Shown here in pieces: positions 43,579 through 51,732 of a DNA stretch of 64,000 nucleotides. A program made the translations under genes and the position numbers. Source of the stretch: Nitrospinales bacterium. Lineage in GTDB: Bacteria > Nitrospinota > Nitrospinia > Nitrospinales > VA-1. The stretch is taken from positions 992,001 to 1,056,000 of the forward strand of contig CBDCXL010000002.1 in assembly GCA_965223795.1 (NCBI GenBank), given 5' to 3'. Position 1 is the first letter of the stretch; each line of letters opens with the position of its first letter. A model generated the notes under the pieces. It did no database searches. It had not been told where the DNA came from and saw only the letters and a program-made list of their open reading frames with translations.

Positions 43579-44901
43579 TCAGCGGACCGGTTCTTTTCCC
43601 GAGGTGCCGATCATGTCGATCGGTCTGTCCGGGCGGTCCACCAGCGGCACGGGATCTTCCTTGCCGGTGGTGCCGATCATATCGATCGGCTTGTCCGGCC
43701 GGTCCACCAGCGGGACGGGATCGGTTCCGCGGATCGCAGGGTCCACCTGTTCGTGGATGAAGATCTCCAGCATGGTCTCGGCCCATTCGGACTCGGCCTT
43801 GCCGCTGAACGATTCGACCAGGGCCTTGAGATCTTTCTCGCCCGCGGGCGTTCCCGACCGGATGGTGTAAAAACCCTCACTCTCCACCATGTCCAGCGGC
43901 CATTCCCGGCTCTCGGAAAACAGCGCCTTGAACCGTTCCTTGCCGATCGGACCCGCGATCTTGAACTCCACTCCCGAGTCGAGCCGGGGAATGTTGTGCG
44001 TCACGCCGGCTTTCAGGTGATTGTCGGGAGCGGCCGCATTGGGAAAGATCACCTTGGCGCCGCCGTCCGGACTGATCTCGATCAGGATCAGGTAACCGGG
44101 TTTATCGACCTTCACGGAAAAGGTGATGAGGTCTCCGATGCCGTACCGGTTTTTGTCGGTCCACAACTGGACGCCGGTGTCCGCGCCTTCCGCTTTCAGG
44201 GCGATCAGATCCTGCAGGCTTTTTTCATAGCCACCGAGGCTGCGCGAAACGCGCAGCGGCGCGCCGGCAATCGGATCGCGCTCTAACAGCTTGCTGTCGT
44301 GCGCGGAGATCGCGGTTGCGGGAAAATGCGTGCTCCCGTCATAGACGATCTGACCCGTGCTCGCGGACACCAGTTGCGGCTTTACGCTGAGCCCGTCGCT
44401 TTCGTTCCGGTAAATGCCCCTGACATAATAATCCAGACCGTCCACTTTGGCAATTTGCATCAGCGATCCGTTTTTTTCGGCTGCCGATATTCCCTGAACC
44501 TTGAGACGGTCGGTCTGGAACAGATACAGCAGCATGTCTTCCCGCAGCCGGCGGCTGAAATCGGTGACGCGGTTCCCGGACGCTTCTTTGAATTCCATCA
44601 CGCCGATGCGCGGCATTTCGCCGGCAGGAAGGTTTTTTATGATCTGGCGCGCCAGGTCCGCGATTTTTTCATTCCAAATGGGAGTCTTTCCCGGAATGGC
44701 GATCCCCGGAATCTGCGCTTCCAGGCTTTCGCCGCACATGCGCTCCGGGCATTGGGCCAGGGCGTTCGCCGACAGCAGTAACAACAAAGACGCGCCACAT
44801 GCGGCGCTGCCGACAGCGTTCCTGCCGGTTTTTGCCGGATGTCCCGCGTTTTCGAAACGCTGCTTCCAGACCTCCCAGAAAAGTTTTTTGTTTTTATTCA
44901 T
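43579..44901 (-). CDS. Secreted FlgO-like + DUF4384-like protein
   Basis: IADLARQI...IGVMEF N-domain; VQLWTDK..Y.IGD.ITF......GYL.......G....IFPN C-domain; start may be downstream of 44901. Confidence 0.75.
   Translation of the reverse strand: MNKNKKLFWEVWKQRFENAGHPAKTGRNAVGSAACGASLLLLLSANALAQCPERMCGESLEAQIPGIAIPGKTPIWNEKIADLARQIIKNLPAGEMPRIGVMEFKEASGNRVTDFSRRLREDMLLYLFQTDRLKVQGISAAEKNGSLMQIAKVDGLDYYVRGIYRNESDGLSVKPQLVSASTGQIVYDGSTHFPATAISAHDSKLLERDPIAGAPLRVSRSLGGYEKSLQDLIALKAEGADTGVQLWTDKNRYGIGDLITFSVKVDKPGYLILIEISPDGGAKVIFPNAAAPDNHLKAGVTHNIPRLDSGVEFKIAGPIGKERFKALFSESREWPLDMVESEGFYTIRSGTPAGEKDLKALVESFSGKAESEWAETMLEIFIHEQVDPAIRGTDPVPLVDRPDKPIDMIGTTGKEDPVPLVDRPDRPIDMIGTSGKEPVR
43591..43722 (-). 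repeat. 2 x 66-bp coding tandem repeat
   Basis: DPVPLVDRPDKPIDMIGTTGKE / DPVPLVDRPDRPIDMIGTSGKE. Confidence 0.9.
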
Positions 44902-45880
44902 GGTATTGCCCCCCTTAATGTAAAGGTTAAAATGAATTATTTCATTTCAAAGTCACCGGTTCAATGGATTGGCCGGGCCCGTACCGGGTTTTTTCCCTAA
45001 GTTGCGAAAATCAAGCCCTTTCCCTGGGGGGGTCGCGTTCGGTCCGGGGCCATCCGGACGGGACGCACAGAGCTTTTTCGCCGGGAAATGGCCCGATCGG
45101 ACCCGGCTATATATTTAAATCGATTCCTCTCTGAAGCCCGGCCGGGTTCTTCCTCACACCCGGCGCAGCGTCTCAAAGTAAACCGATTGAAACTCACTCT
45201 CTCCTCCTGCAAAGCCACACCGATTTCTTTACTGCATCCTATTCGGTGTCTTTCATGGCGTCTGCGGTTCGTTCCGGTGTTTCGTTTCACCTCCCGTGTT
45301 TTGGGTTGCCTGCTCTTGTTTGCGCTGAGCGGGGATCTTGTTTCCCCCGCTCAGCAGAAGTATTCGGCCCGGTATCGCTGGATTGTGTGCCGACAGGGTG
45401 TTCGGTGTGCCGCAACCACCGCTCTGCACGCAGGATCCGGGCACAATTTCAAGTTTCGGGTGTCGGCCGATTCGGATTGGAGAACCTGTTCGAGGTTCAC
45501 GATTCCGTCCGCCGTTTCCTGATTCCGCTTCCGTGTGCTGCCAGCTTGCATGGATCGTTTCCTTTTCGCTCAGTGGGTTTTCAATGCACTCACACTTCCT
45601 GGTTGCCCGCCCCGTTCGCTCTCAATGCACGTTGCCTGTGAGTGATCGGGGGATGCGTAACGGAAGCTATGTTGGGCAATACTAAATGCGTTTCCTGGGA
45701 AGGAAATCGGGAAGGAATCGGGGTAGGAATTTGGAAGGCTTTCGAAAGGATAATTTCGGCGAGCCTTAGTATTACCCCACATAGTTTCCGTTGACGCTGC
45801 TTCGAATGTCTGCGGCGGTGCGTTCTTCACTTTTGCAGCCGCCGTGGGTCTGTGTCTCCTTATGCAAGTGCTGCCCGGGT

Positions 45881-46339
45881 TCAAGAGTTGGGAAGCTCGA
45901 TGTTGAGCCCGGAGGGCCGGTCGTAGAGCTCCTCGTTGCCGTTCACACCGTCGCCCAGGGTGTCTTTGTAGATCAGGTCCCACACCCCGTCCTGGTTCAC
46001 GTCGATCGCGTAGAACATGGGCTGCTTTTCGACGATGTAGTAGTAGTCGTCTCCTTCGTAGCTCACGGAGAAAATCAGGCTTCTGGGATTCGACTCCGAC
46101 ACCACTTTTTCAGAATGCGGAGAAAAGTAGTGCGTGGTCACGATACGCCAGGACTCGAAATCCACGGTGCCGTCCTGATCGATGTCGTAGCGGACCTGAA
46201 GCATGCCGGCTTGGGACAGGTTCCAGGAGGCTTTATCTTCGAGAGGCGGCTCGGCCGTCAGGTACGGATGGCCCGAGGCGATGGCCGGGGCGAGTGCCAG
46301 AAGGCCGGTCAGGATCATCGAGTTCATCAGGCGTTTCAT
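45881..46339 (-). CDS. Secreted protein with DxDxDG-type Ca-binding motifs
   Basis: RBS AAGGAG; signal peptide; YDIDQDGTVD, IDVNQDGVWD, DTLGDGVNGNE. Confidence 0.8.
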   Translation of the reverse strand: MKRLMNSMILTGLLALAPAIASGHPYLTAEPPLEDKASWNLSQAGMLQVRYDIDQDGTVDFESWRIVTTHYFSPHSEKVVSESNPRSLIFSVSYEGDDYYYIVEKQPMFYAIDVNQDGVWDLIYKDTLGDGVNGNEELYDRPSGLNIELPNS

Positions 46340-46415
46340 TTTATTTTCTCCTTGGGACAAGTGTTGGTTTCTTGCTAACGAGATTTCGTTTTTAAAATCT
46401 CTTGCCCAGTGTTAT

Positions 46416-46431
46416 TGCAGGCGCCGTGCCA
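46416..46431 (-). promoter_or_regulatory. sigma54 -24/-12 promoter
   Basis: TGGCACGGCGCCTGCA on minus strand (GG-N10-GC). Confidence 0.88.
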
Positions 46432-46525
46432 AACGGAATTACAACGAAAACTCTATACTTTTTAATCAGTTATAAAATCACTTCGGTTCGCAGAGCGCGT
46501 TCGCCTGCATGGTCCCGGCATGCGG

Positions 46526-46535
46526 CCATGCATGG
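46526..46535. promoter_or_regulatory. Putative upstream activator sequence
   Basis: CCATGCATGG palindrome. Confidence 0.7.
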
Positions 46536-46663
46536 TGCGGGTGTGGATCGGTGCATACGGACTGCAGCGGGAGCGATCCCCAAGTGCGTGCAGCTGGAAT
46601 GATTCCTGTTGCGGTGGGCGGTGTCCCGGTAGAGGCGCAGAACATTGATAACTAAGTGAATGC

Positions 46664-46711
46664 AAAAAAAAACCGGGCTCCGGGACCGCCGAAGCGGTCC
46701 GGGAACCCGGT
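46664..46711 (-). terminator. Terminator of curlin 1
   Basis: ACCGGG...CCCGGT long stem followed by U-tract on minus strand. Confidence 0.85.
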
Positions 46712-46744
46712 GCGTCCGAACATCCTGGGCTTAAAGCCCGTGGA

Positions 46745-47290
46745 TTATCGCTGAGTCAGGATGGAGATGTTGCCGCCGCCGTTCTGGATGACGTCGGTCC
46801 GGCTTGCGACTCCGCGCTGTCCGACCACCGCGATGTTGCCGCGTCCTTCCTGGTCGACCAGACTGTTGTTGACGTCACCGTCCTGCAGCACGATGCCGAC
46901 GTTGGAGTTGCCAACCTGGCTGAGGCCGGCGTTGTTCACTTCGCCGCGCTGGTTGATGAGGCCGGTGTTGAAGTTGCCGCGCTGGCTCAGCTCTGCGTTG
47001 TTGATGACGCCATCCTGAGCAACGTGGCCGAACTGGAAGTCACCGCGCTGGCTGATCGCGGCGTTGTTGAGGGCGCCGTTCTGAATCGCTTCCGCCTTGT
47101 TGGTGGACTTGAAGGACGGCAGGTAGCCGGACCGCGGCTTCATGCTGCGCTTCATGGGCATGGCGCGGTGGCTTTTCTTGCTGTTCCACTTCTTCATTCC
47201 TTTGTACTCCCACGCTTCGCTGCTGTCGGCCAGAGACAGGCTGAAGGCCGCGATGATGGCGAGGGCGATGCCGGTGATGGACTTTTTCAT
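46745..47290 (-). CDS. Curlin-repeat protein 1 (CsgA/CsgB-like)
   Basis: Signal peptide, 11 half-repeats N-x-(A/G/S)-x-x-x-Q-x-G, ends ILTQR. Confidence 0.88.
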   Translation of the reverse strand: MKKSITGIALAIIAAFSLSLADSSEAWEYKGMKKWNSKKSHRAMPMKRSMKPRSGYLPSFKSTNKAEAIQNGALNNAAISQRGDFQFGHVAQDGVINNAELSQRGNFNTGLINQRGEVNNAGLSQVGNSNVGIVLQDGDVNNSLVDQEGRGNIAVVGQRGVASRTDVIQNGGGNISILTQR

Positions 47291-47385
47291 GTTGTGATCT
47301 CCTTTCAAGGTTTTTTTGATTGTGTGTTGAACAAGTTGGTCTGTGTTTTTTCCGATTTCTTCAAATCGTATCTGCCACTATGTAT

Positions 47386-47401
47386 TGCAGGCGCCGTGCC
47401 A
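47386..47401 (-). promoter_or_regulatory. sigma54 -24/-12 promoter
   Basis: TGGCACGGCGCCTGCA on minus strand. Confidence 0.88.
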
Positions 47402-47484
47402 AAATATATAAGCCTTTATATACAAATGGTTACCCAATTCTGCGGTATGCCGGGAAAGCCCGGTTTGCATGGTTCTCAGGGCAT

Positions 47485-47494
47485 CCATGCATGG
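47485..47494. promoter_or_regulatory. Putative upstream activator sequence
   Basis: CCATGCATGG palindrome; partial TGCATGG at 47466. Confidence 0.7.
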
Positions 47495-47560
47495 TGGGAG
47501 CCAAACACGCGCCCCCCATACAGCCGCAGGTTTGAGCGCGTTCGGCGACCTCTAAAGCGC

Positions 47561-47606
47561 AAAAAAAACCGGGTCCCGGAGCCGCCTGAGCGGCCCGGAA
47601 CCCGGT
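47561..47606 (-). terminator. Terminator of curlin 2
   Basis: ACCGGGTCCCGGAGCCGCCTGAGCGGCCCGGAACCCGGT stem plus A8 on + strand. Confidence 0.85.
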
Positions 47607-47632
47607 CGGGATGTACGCCAGTGCTTTGCTGC

Positions 47633-48109
47633 TTACCGCTGGTCGATGGTGGCCACGTTGCCTTTGCCGACCTGCAGGATGTCTGCGCGATCGCCCACAC
47701 CGGTCTGCGTGGTGATGCCGATGTTGCCTTTGCCGATCTGCGTGGTGTTGCTGCTGTTGAACGCGCCGCTCTGCAGGGTCACGCCAACGTTCGCTTTGCC
47801 GAACTGGCTGATGTTGCTGTTGTTAGCGAAAGAGTTGCCAACCTGCTGCGTCACGCCTACGTTGAACTTCCCGCGCTGCGTCGTGGTGGCGTTGTTGAAC
47901 GCGCCCTGCTGCGTGGTCTGGGCGAAGTTCTTGTATCCGCGCTGGCTGACGGCAGCGCCGTTCAGGTAGCCCTTCTGAGCAACGGCGGCCTGGTTTTTGC
48001 CATACCACATGGGCTTCTTCATGCCTTTGCGCTCCCAGGCAACGGCGGTGGATGCGGCGGATACGGTGAATGCGGCGATCAGTGCGACTGCGACGATGGA
48101 CTTTTTCAT
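47633..48109 (-). CDS. Curlin-repeat protein 2
   Basis: Signal peptide, 11 half-repeats, ends ATIDQR; RBS AAGGAG. Confidence 0.88.
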   Translation of the reverse strand: MKKSIVAVALIAAFTVSAASTAVAWERKGMKKPMWYGKNQAAVAQKGYLNGAAVSQRGYKNFAQTTQQGAFNNATTTQRGKFNVGVTQQVGNSFANNSNISQFGKANVGVTLQSGAFNSSNTTQIGKGNIGITTQTGVGDRADILQVGKGNVATIDQR

Positions 48110-48201
48110 TGTGTTTCTCCTTTAGGTTGAGTGTTGGTTGTTGCTGTTGTTGTTTGGGTGTTTGTTCCGGTTCATTCAAACCGTTTCTGCCCCTATGCTA
48201 T

Positions 48202-48217
48202 TGCAGGCGCCGTGCCA
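48202..48217 (-). promoter_or_regulatory. sigma54 -24/-12 promoter
   Basis: TGGCACGGCGCCTGCA on minus strand. Confidence 0.88.
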
Positions 48218-48289
48218 AAATATAAAAACCTTTATTTTCAACGGCATAACTAAATTCAACCCATTCCTACTTCCGCACGGACAACATCT

Positions 48290-48311
48290 CCATGCATGGC
48301 CCCGTGCATGG
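48290..48311. promoter_or_regulatory. Tandem putative upstream activator sequences
   Basis: CCATGCATGG-CC-CCGTGCATGG. Confidence 0.72.
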
Positions 48312-48610
48312 AATCGCGATCCGCATATCCAGGCGCACGCCGGGCCGCGCCCTGCCCCGGGAATGCAGACCGGCTCGATGTTTTAGCAACAGCCGGTTTC
48401 CGGGCTACGGCACTGAAAAGGCAACGAACCGGGCTTGAATAGAACGGCGGCAGGCGCTGCAAGCGCGGCCGGAATTGTGGTGCGGGATGGGACAGAAAGG
48501 AGGAGCGGGATTCAGCTGGTATGAGGCGGTGTGAGTTTCACGCATAAAAAAACCGGGTCGGTGCATGCCGCGGCACCGACGGCGGCGGAGCTGAGGCGAG
48601 TTTCACGCAC

Positions 48611-48656
48611 AAAAAAACCGGGTCCCGGAGCCGCCTGAGCGGCCCGGAACCCGGTT
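48611..48656 (-). terminator. Terminator of curlin 3
   Basis: Stem identical to that at 47561-47606. Confidence 0.85.
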
Positions 48657-48679
48657 CGGATTCCAGATCTGAGTGTGGA

Positions 48680-49096
48680 TTAGTTCTGGGTGATCACTGC
48701 GGAGTTGCCAAAGCCGTGCTGGTTGATGTGCGCGCTGTCGCCCACTCCGCCCTGCAGGATCAGGCCCTGGTTGCCAATGCCGTGCTGGTTGATCGAACCG
48801 TTGTTGTAAGCGCCGCCCTGAAGAATGTGGCCCTGGTTGGCACAACCCTTCTGAGATACGGCTGCGTTGTTCTGGTAGCCGAACTGCGTGGCGGAAGCGG
48901 TGTTCCCCGGCAGGAAGTAGCAGGGATCGAAGTGCTTCGGCTTCGGGGTGTAGCCTTTCTTCATCGGCATCTCCATGCGGTACCCTTTCTTGGGGCTCCA
49001 CTTCTTCATGCTTTTGCGTTCCCACGCAAACGCGCTGGAAGCGGATGCGACGGTGAATGCGGCGATCAGTGCGACTGCGACGATGGACTTTTTCAT
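48680..49096 (-). CDS. Curlin-repeat protein 3
   Basis: Signal peptide, 7 half-repeats, two Cys, ends AVITQN. Confidence 0.88.
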   Translation of the reverse strand: MKKSIVAVALIAAFTVASASSAFAWERKSMKKWSPKKGYRMEMPMKKGYTPKPKHFDPCYFLPGNTASATQFGYQNNAAVSQKGCANQGHILQGGAYNNGSINQHGIGNQGLILQGGVGDSAHINQHGFGNSAVITQN

Positions 49097-49183
49097 TGTG
49101 TTTCTCCTTTAGGTTTTGGTTGTTGTTGGTTTGGTTAAAGTGTTTTTTCCGGTTCATTCAAACCGTTTCTGCCCATGTGCTAT

Positions 49184-49199
49184 TGCAGGCGCCGTGCCA
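49184..49199 (-). promoter_or_regulatory. sigma54 -24/-12 promoter
   Basis: TGGCACGGCGCCTGCA on minus strand. Confidence 0.88.
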
Positions 49200-49271
49200 A
49201 AACATAAAAACCTTTATTTTCAACGCTATAACTAAAAACAACCCATTCCTACTTCCGCACGGACAACATCT

Positions 49272-49293
49272 CCATGCATGGCCCCGTGCATGG
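49272..49293. promoter_or_regulatory. Tandem putative upstream activator sequences
   Basis: CCATGCATGG-CC-CCGTGCATGG. Confidence 0.72.
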
Positions 49294-49657
49294 AACCTGG
49301 CCCTGAACTTCCACACGCAGACCGCGCAGGCCGGGCGGCGCCGCCCGCCGGCAGCTTCACGGGGACGCGTACTTTCAATGTCCGGACGCGGTTCTGTGGA
49401 GACGCTCTTCCGAAACCCGCGTTTCCACCGTTTCGAACAGAAACTTCAATGAGTTATGTGAAGCCCGCGCCCGGCATGCCGAATCGGCATGGCACTGCCT
49501 CCCGCGCACCTGCTTTTTTGTGTTGATTCGGCAATAAAGAGATAGCGATTTTGCTGTGAAAGGGTTAAATTCCGGGTTCATCCCTCTTTGTTCAGGCCCG
49601 GTTGAATCGGGATGCGCGCCGCGGATTTGGAAGGATCGGCTGGCGGGTAAAAACGGC

Positions 49658-49701
49658 AAAAAAAATCCGGGTCTCCCGCCGCAAACGGCATGGAGACCCG
49701 G
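49658..49701 (-). terminator. Terminator of curlin 4
   Basis: CCGGGTCTCC...GGAGACCCGG stem plus A8 on + strand. Confidence 0.85.
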
Positions 49702-49729
49702 TTGATTTTAAAAGTGCTTGAAACTTCCG

Positions 49730-50191
49730 TCAGTCCTGGATGATGACGGCGTTGTTGGTGAAACCGTTCTGCTCGACGGTGGCGCTGTTGTGCTGGCCAT
49801 TCTGCAGCACGGCGGCGTTGTTGTGGATGCCGTGCTGATGCACATCGGCGTTGTTGCGGAAGCCGTCCTGGGTCACAGTGGCGTTGTTCAACAGGCCGTG
49901 CTGAGAGACATGCGCGTTGTTGTTGCAGCCTTTCATGGCCACCGAAACGCCATTCAGAGCCCCGTTCTGGGCAGAGGTGGCGTTGTTGAAGCCGCAGTTA
50001 TAAGGAAGGTGCTTTTTCACGCCGTATCCCTTTTTCATCATCGGCATCGTGCCGTAGCGCTTCCAGTCTTTTTTCAGGGTCATTCCTCGGTGCATTTTGC
50101 CTTTGCGCTCGAGGGTCAACGCATCGCTGTTTCCAGCGGCGAGGATGGTGAACGCGGCTACCAGGGCGATTGCAGTGATTGACTTTTTCAT
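49730..50191 (-). CDS. Curlin-repeat protein 4
   Basis: MKKSITAIALVAAF signal peptide, 8 half-repeats NNA.V.QHG, two Cys, ends AVIIQD; RBS AAGGAG. Confidence 0.88.
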   Translation of the reverse strand: MKKSITAIALVAAFTILAAGNSDALTLERKGKMHRGMTLKKDWKRYGTMPMMKKGYGVKKHLPYNCGFNNATSAQNGALNGVSVAMKGCNNNAHVSQHGLLNNATVTQDGFRNNADVHQHGIHNNAAVLQNGQHNSATVEQNGFTNNAVIIQD

Positions 50192-50293
50192 TGTGAGTCT
50201 CCTTTTCTTTGGGTTAGGGTTTGTTGTGTGACTTCCATTTATCTTTGTCGATGACGGAATCGATGGATTCGATCGTTCTTGCCCCCTAGCTAT

Positions 50294-50309
50294 TGCAGGC
50301 GGCATGCCA
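50294..50309 (-). promoter_or_regulatory. sigma54 -24/-12 promoter
   Basis: TGGCATGCCGCCTGCA on minus strand. Confidence 0.82.
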
Positions 50310-50382
50310 AAATCGAATCCCTTGTGTTTCCAGTCATTTAAAAAGGAATCGCGCATGCGGTCAGGCTGCACGGCGGCCGGCT

Positions 50383-50404
50383 CCATGCATGGTTCCATGC
50401 ATTC
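50383..50404. promoter_or_regulatory. Shared tandem putative activator sequences between divergent promoters
   Basis: CCATGCATGG-TT-CCATGCATTC. Confidence 0.72.
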
Positions 50405-50478
50405 CAAGCGCGGGACAACCGCCCGGTGGAGGAAACAGACTTTCTTATTTTTCAAGGCCTTGTGGCTGATTTCGCATT

Positions 50479-50494
50479 TGGCACGCGCCCTGCA
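50479..50494 (+). promoter_or_regulatory. sigma54 -24/-12 promoter of csgG-like operon
   Basis: TGGCACGCGCCCTGCA; IHF-like TTTCAAGGCCTTG at 50450-50462. Confidence 0.85.
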
Positions 50495-50557
50495 AGACAA
50501 AGAGCAGAAGTTTGATTTCGGAAGAATCCACTGTTTGATCTTGAAAGGGAATGCAAA

Positions 50558-51664
50558 ATGAAAAACCTCAAATTAAATCTCACGGCATTACTGGCCTTGC
50601 TGCTATTGACGGGCTGCGGTTCCGTGAACGGCGGCGTGGGGACGTCCTATTCCACCACGGCCACCAATTATGAGGACAGCGGCAGCTACGATTCGGATGG
50701 CCGGCAGGAAGCGCAGCAGGACTCTCTGGATTCATTAGAAGAACCCGAGGCCCCGCAAAGACCGGTGATCCGCAAGGCTCAGTTCAAGAAAACCGTCGCG
50801 GTATCCCGCTTTGAAAACCGCACCACGGCAGCCGGTCAGATCAACCTGGGAACCGGCATGTCCGACCAGCTGACCAACGCGCTGGTGCAGAGCGATAATT
50901 TCGTGGTTCTGGAGCGGCAGAATCTGGCGGACGTCCTGCAGGAGCAGGATTTCGCCCGCAGCGGCCGCGCCCGCAAGAGCACCACGGCCCAGACCGGCCA
51001 GGTCATTCCGGCGCAGATCCTCATTAAAGGCACCATCACGGAATTTCAGCAGCAGGAATCGGGCAGCGGCGCCGGCGTCAGCTACATGGGCTTCACTGTG
51101 GGCACCGAATCCACGGAAGCGCACGTCGCCCTGATCCTCAGGATCATCGACACCACGTCGGGACAGGTTCTCGATTCGGTGCGGCTGGAAGGCAAGGCCC
51201 GCGGCACGGGATACAAATTCGGCGTCAGCTACATGGGCGTCGGCTTCGAGGCGGAAAAATTCGCCAACACGGCACTCAACAAAGCCGTGCAGACGGTGAT
51301 CGACCAGGCCACGCAGATGATCGCGCGCAACCTGAATGAGATCCCGTTCGAAGGCAAGATCATCAAGGTGCAGGAAGACACGTTCTACACCAACATCGGC
51401 GCGCGCAACCGGGTATCCGGCGGTGACGTGTTCGATGTGTACTCCCCCGGCGCGGAACTGATCGACCCGGACACCGGCGAGAAGCTCGGTTCGCTCAAGA
51501 AAAAAGTGGGCACGGTGGTGATCTCCATGCCGAAGGAAAAATTTTCCAAGGCGTTCTCTTCTCAGGGTGAGCTTTACAAGGAAGGCTACATCCTGCGCGA
51601 GAAGGGCGAAAACATTTCCGACATCCCATTGGATGATCCTCTGGGCGAAGGCGGATCGATTTAA
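50558..51664 (+). CDS. csgG: CsgG/HfaB family lipoprotein with FlgT-like C-terminal domain
   Basis: Lipobox LTGC; VAVSRFEN, GMSDQLTNALVQSDNFVVLER, AQILIKGTITEF, LRIIDTTSGQVL; LIDPDTGEKLG. Confidence 0.82.
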   Translation: MKNLKLNLTALLALLLLTGCGSVNGGVGTSYSTTATNYEDSGSYDSDGRQEAQQDSLDSLEEPEAPQRPVIRKAQFKKTVAVSRFENRTTAAGQINLGTGMSDQLTNALVQSDNFVVLERQNLADVLQEQDFARSGRARKSTTAQTGQVIPAQILIKGTITEFQQQESGSGAGVSYMGFTVGTESTEAHVALILRIIDTTSGQVLDSVRLEGKARGTGYKFGVSYMGVGFEAEKFANTALNKAVQTVIDQATQMIARNLNEIPFEGKIIKVQEDTFYTNIGARNRVSGGDVFDVYSPGAELIDPDTGEKLGSLKKKVGTVVISMPKEKFSKAFSSQGELYKEGYILREKGENISDIPLDDPLGEGGSI

Positions 51665-51732
51665 CAAGGCACGCACATTTTGCATTCAAACTTCCGTTCA
51701 ACACACAACCTTTAAACGACGAGGACCCGACC

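Noticed and set aside
45003..45018. GG-N10-GC on the minus strand upstream of the DUF4384-like gene
   Set aside because: GGGCTTGATTTTCGCA is a poor match to TGGCAC and no nearby CCATGCATGG was seen.
46416..50494. Repeated TGCAGGCGCCGTGCCA as CRISPR or mobile-element repeat
   Set aside because: Spacing is about 0.8-1.1 kb with one gene per unit; it matches the sigma54 -24/-12 consensus.
49730..50500. 256-aa extended version of curlin 4
   Set aside because: The extension overlaps the promoters; the true start is MKKS at 50191 with an RBS, as in the paralogs.
51667..51684. AGGCACGCACATTTTGCA as an internal sigma54 promoter
   Set aside because: GG to GC spacing is 12 nt rather than the required 10.
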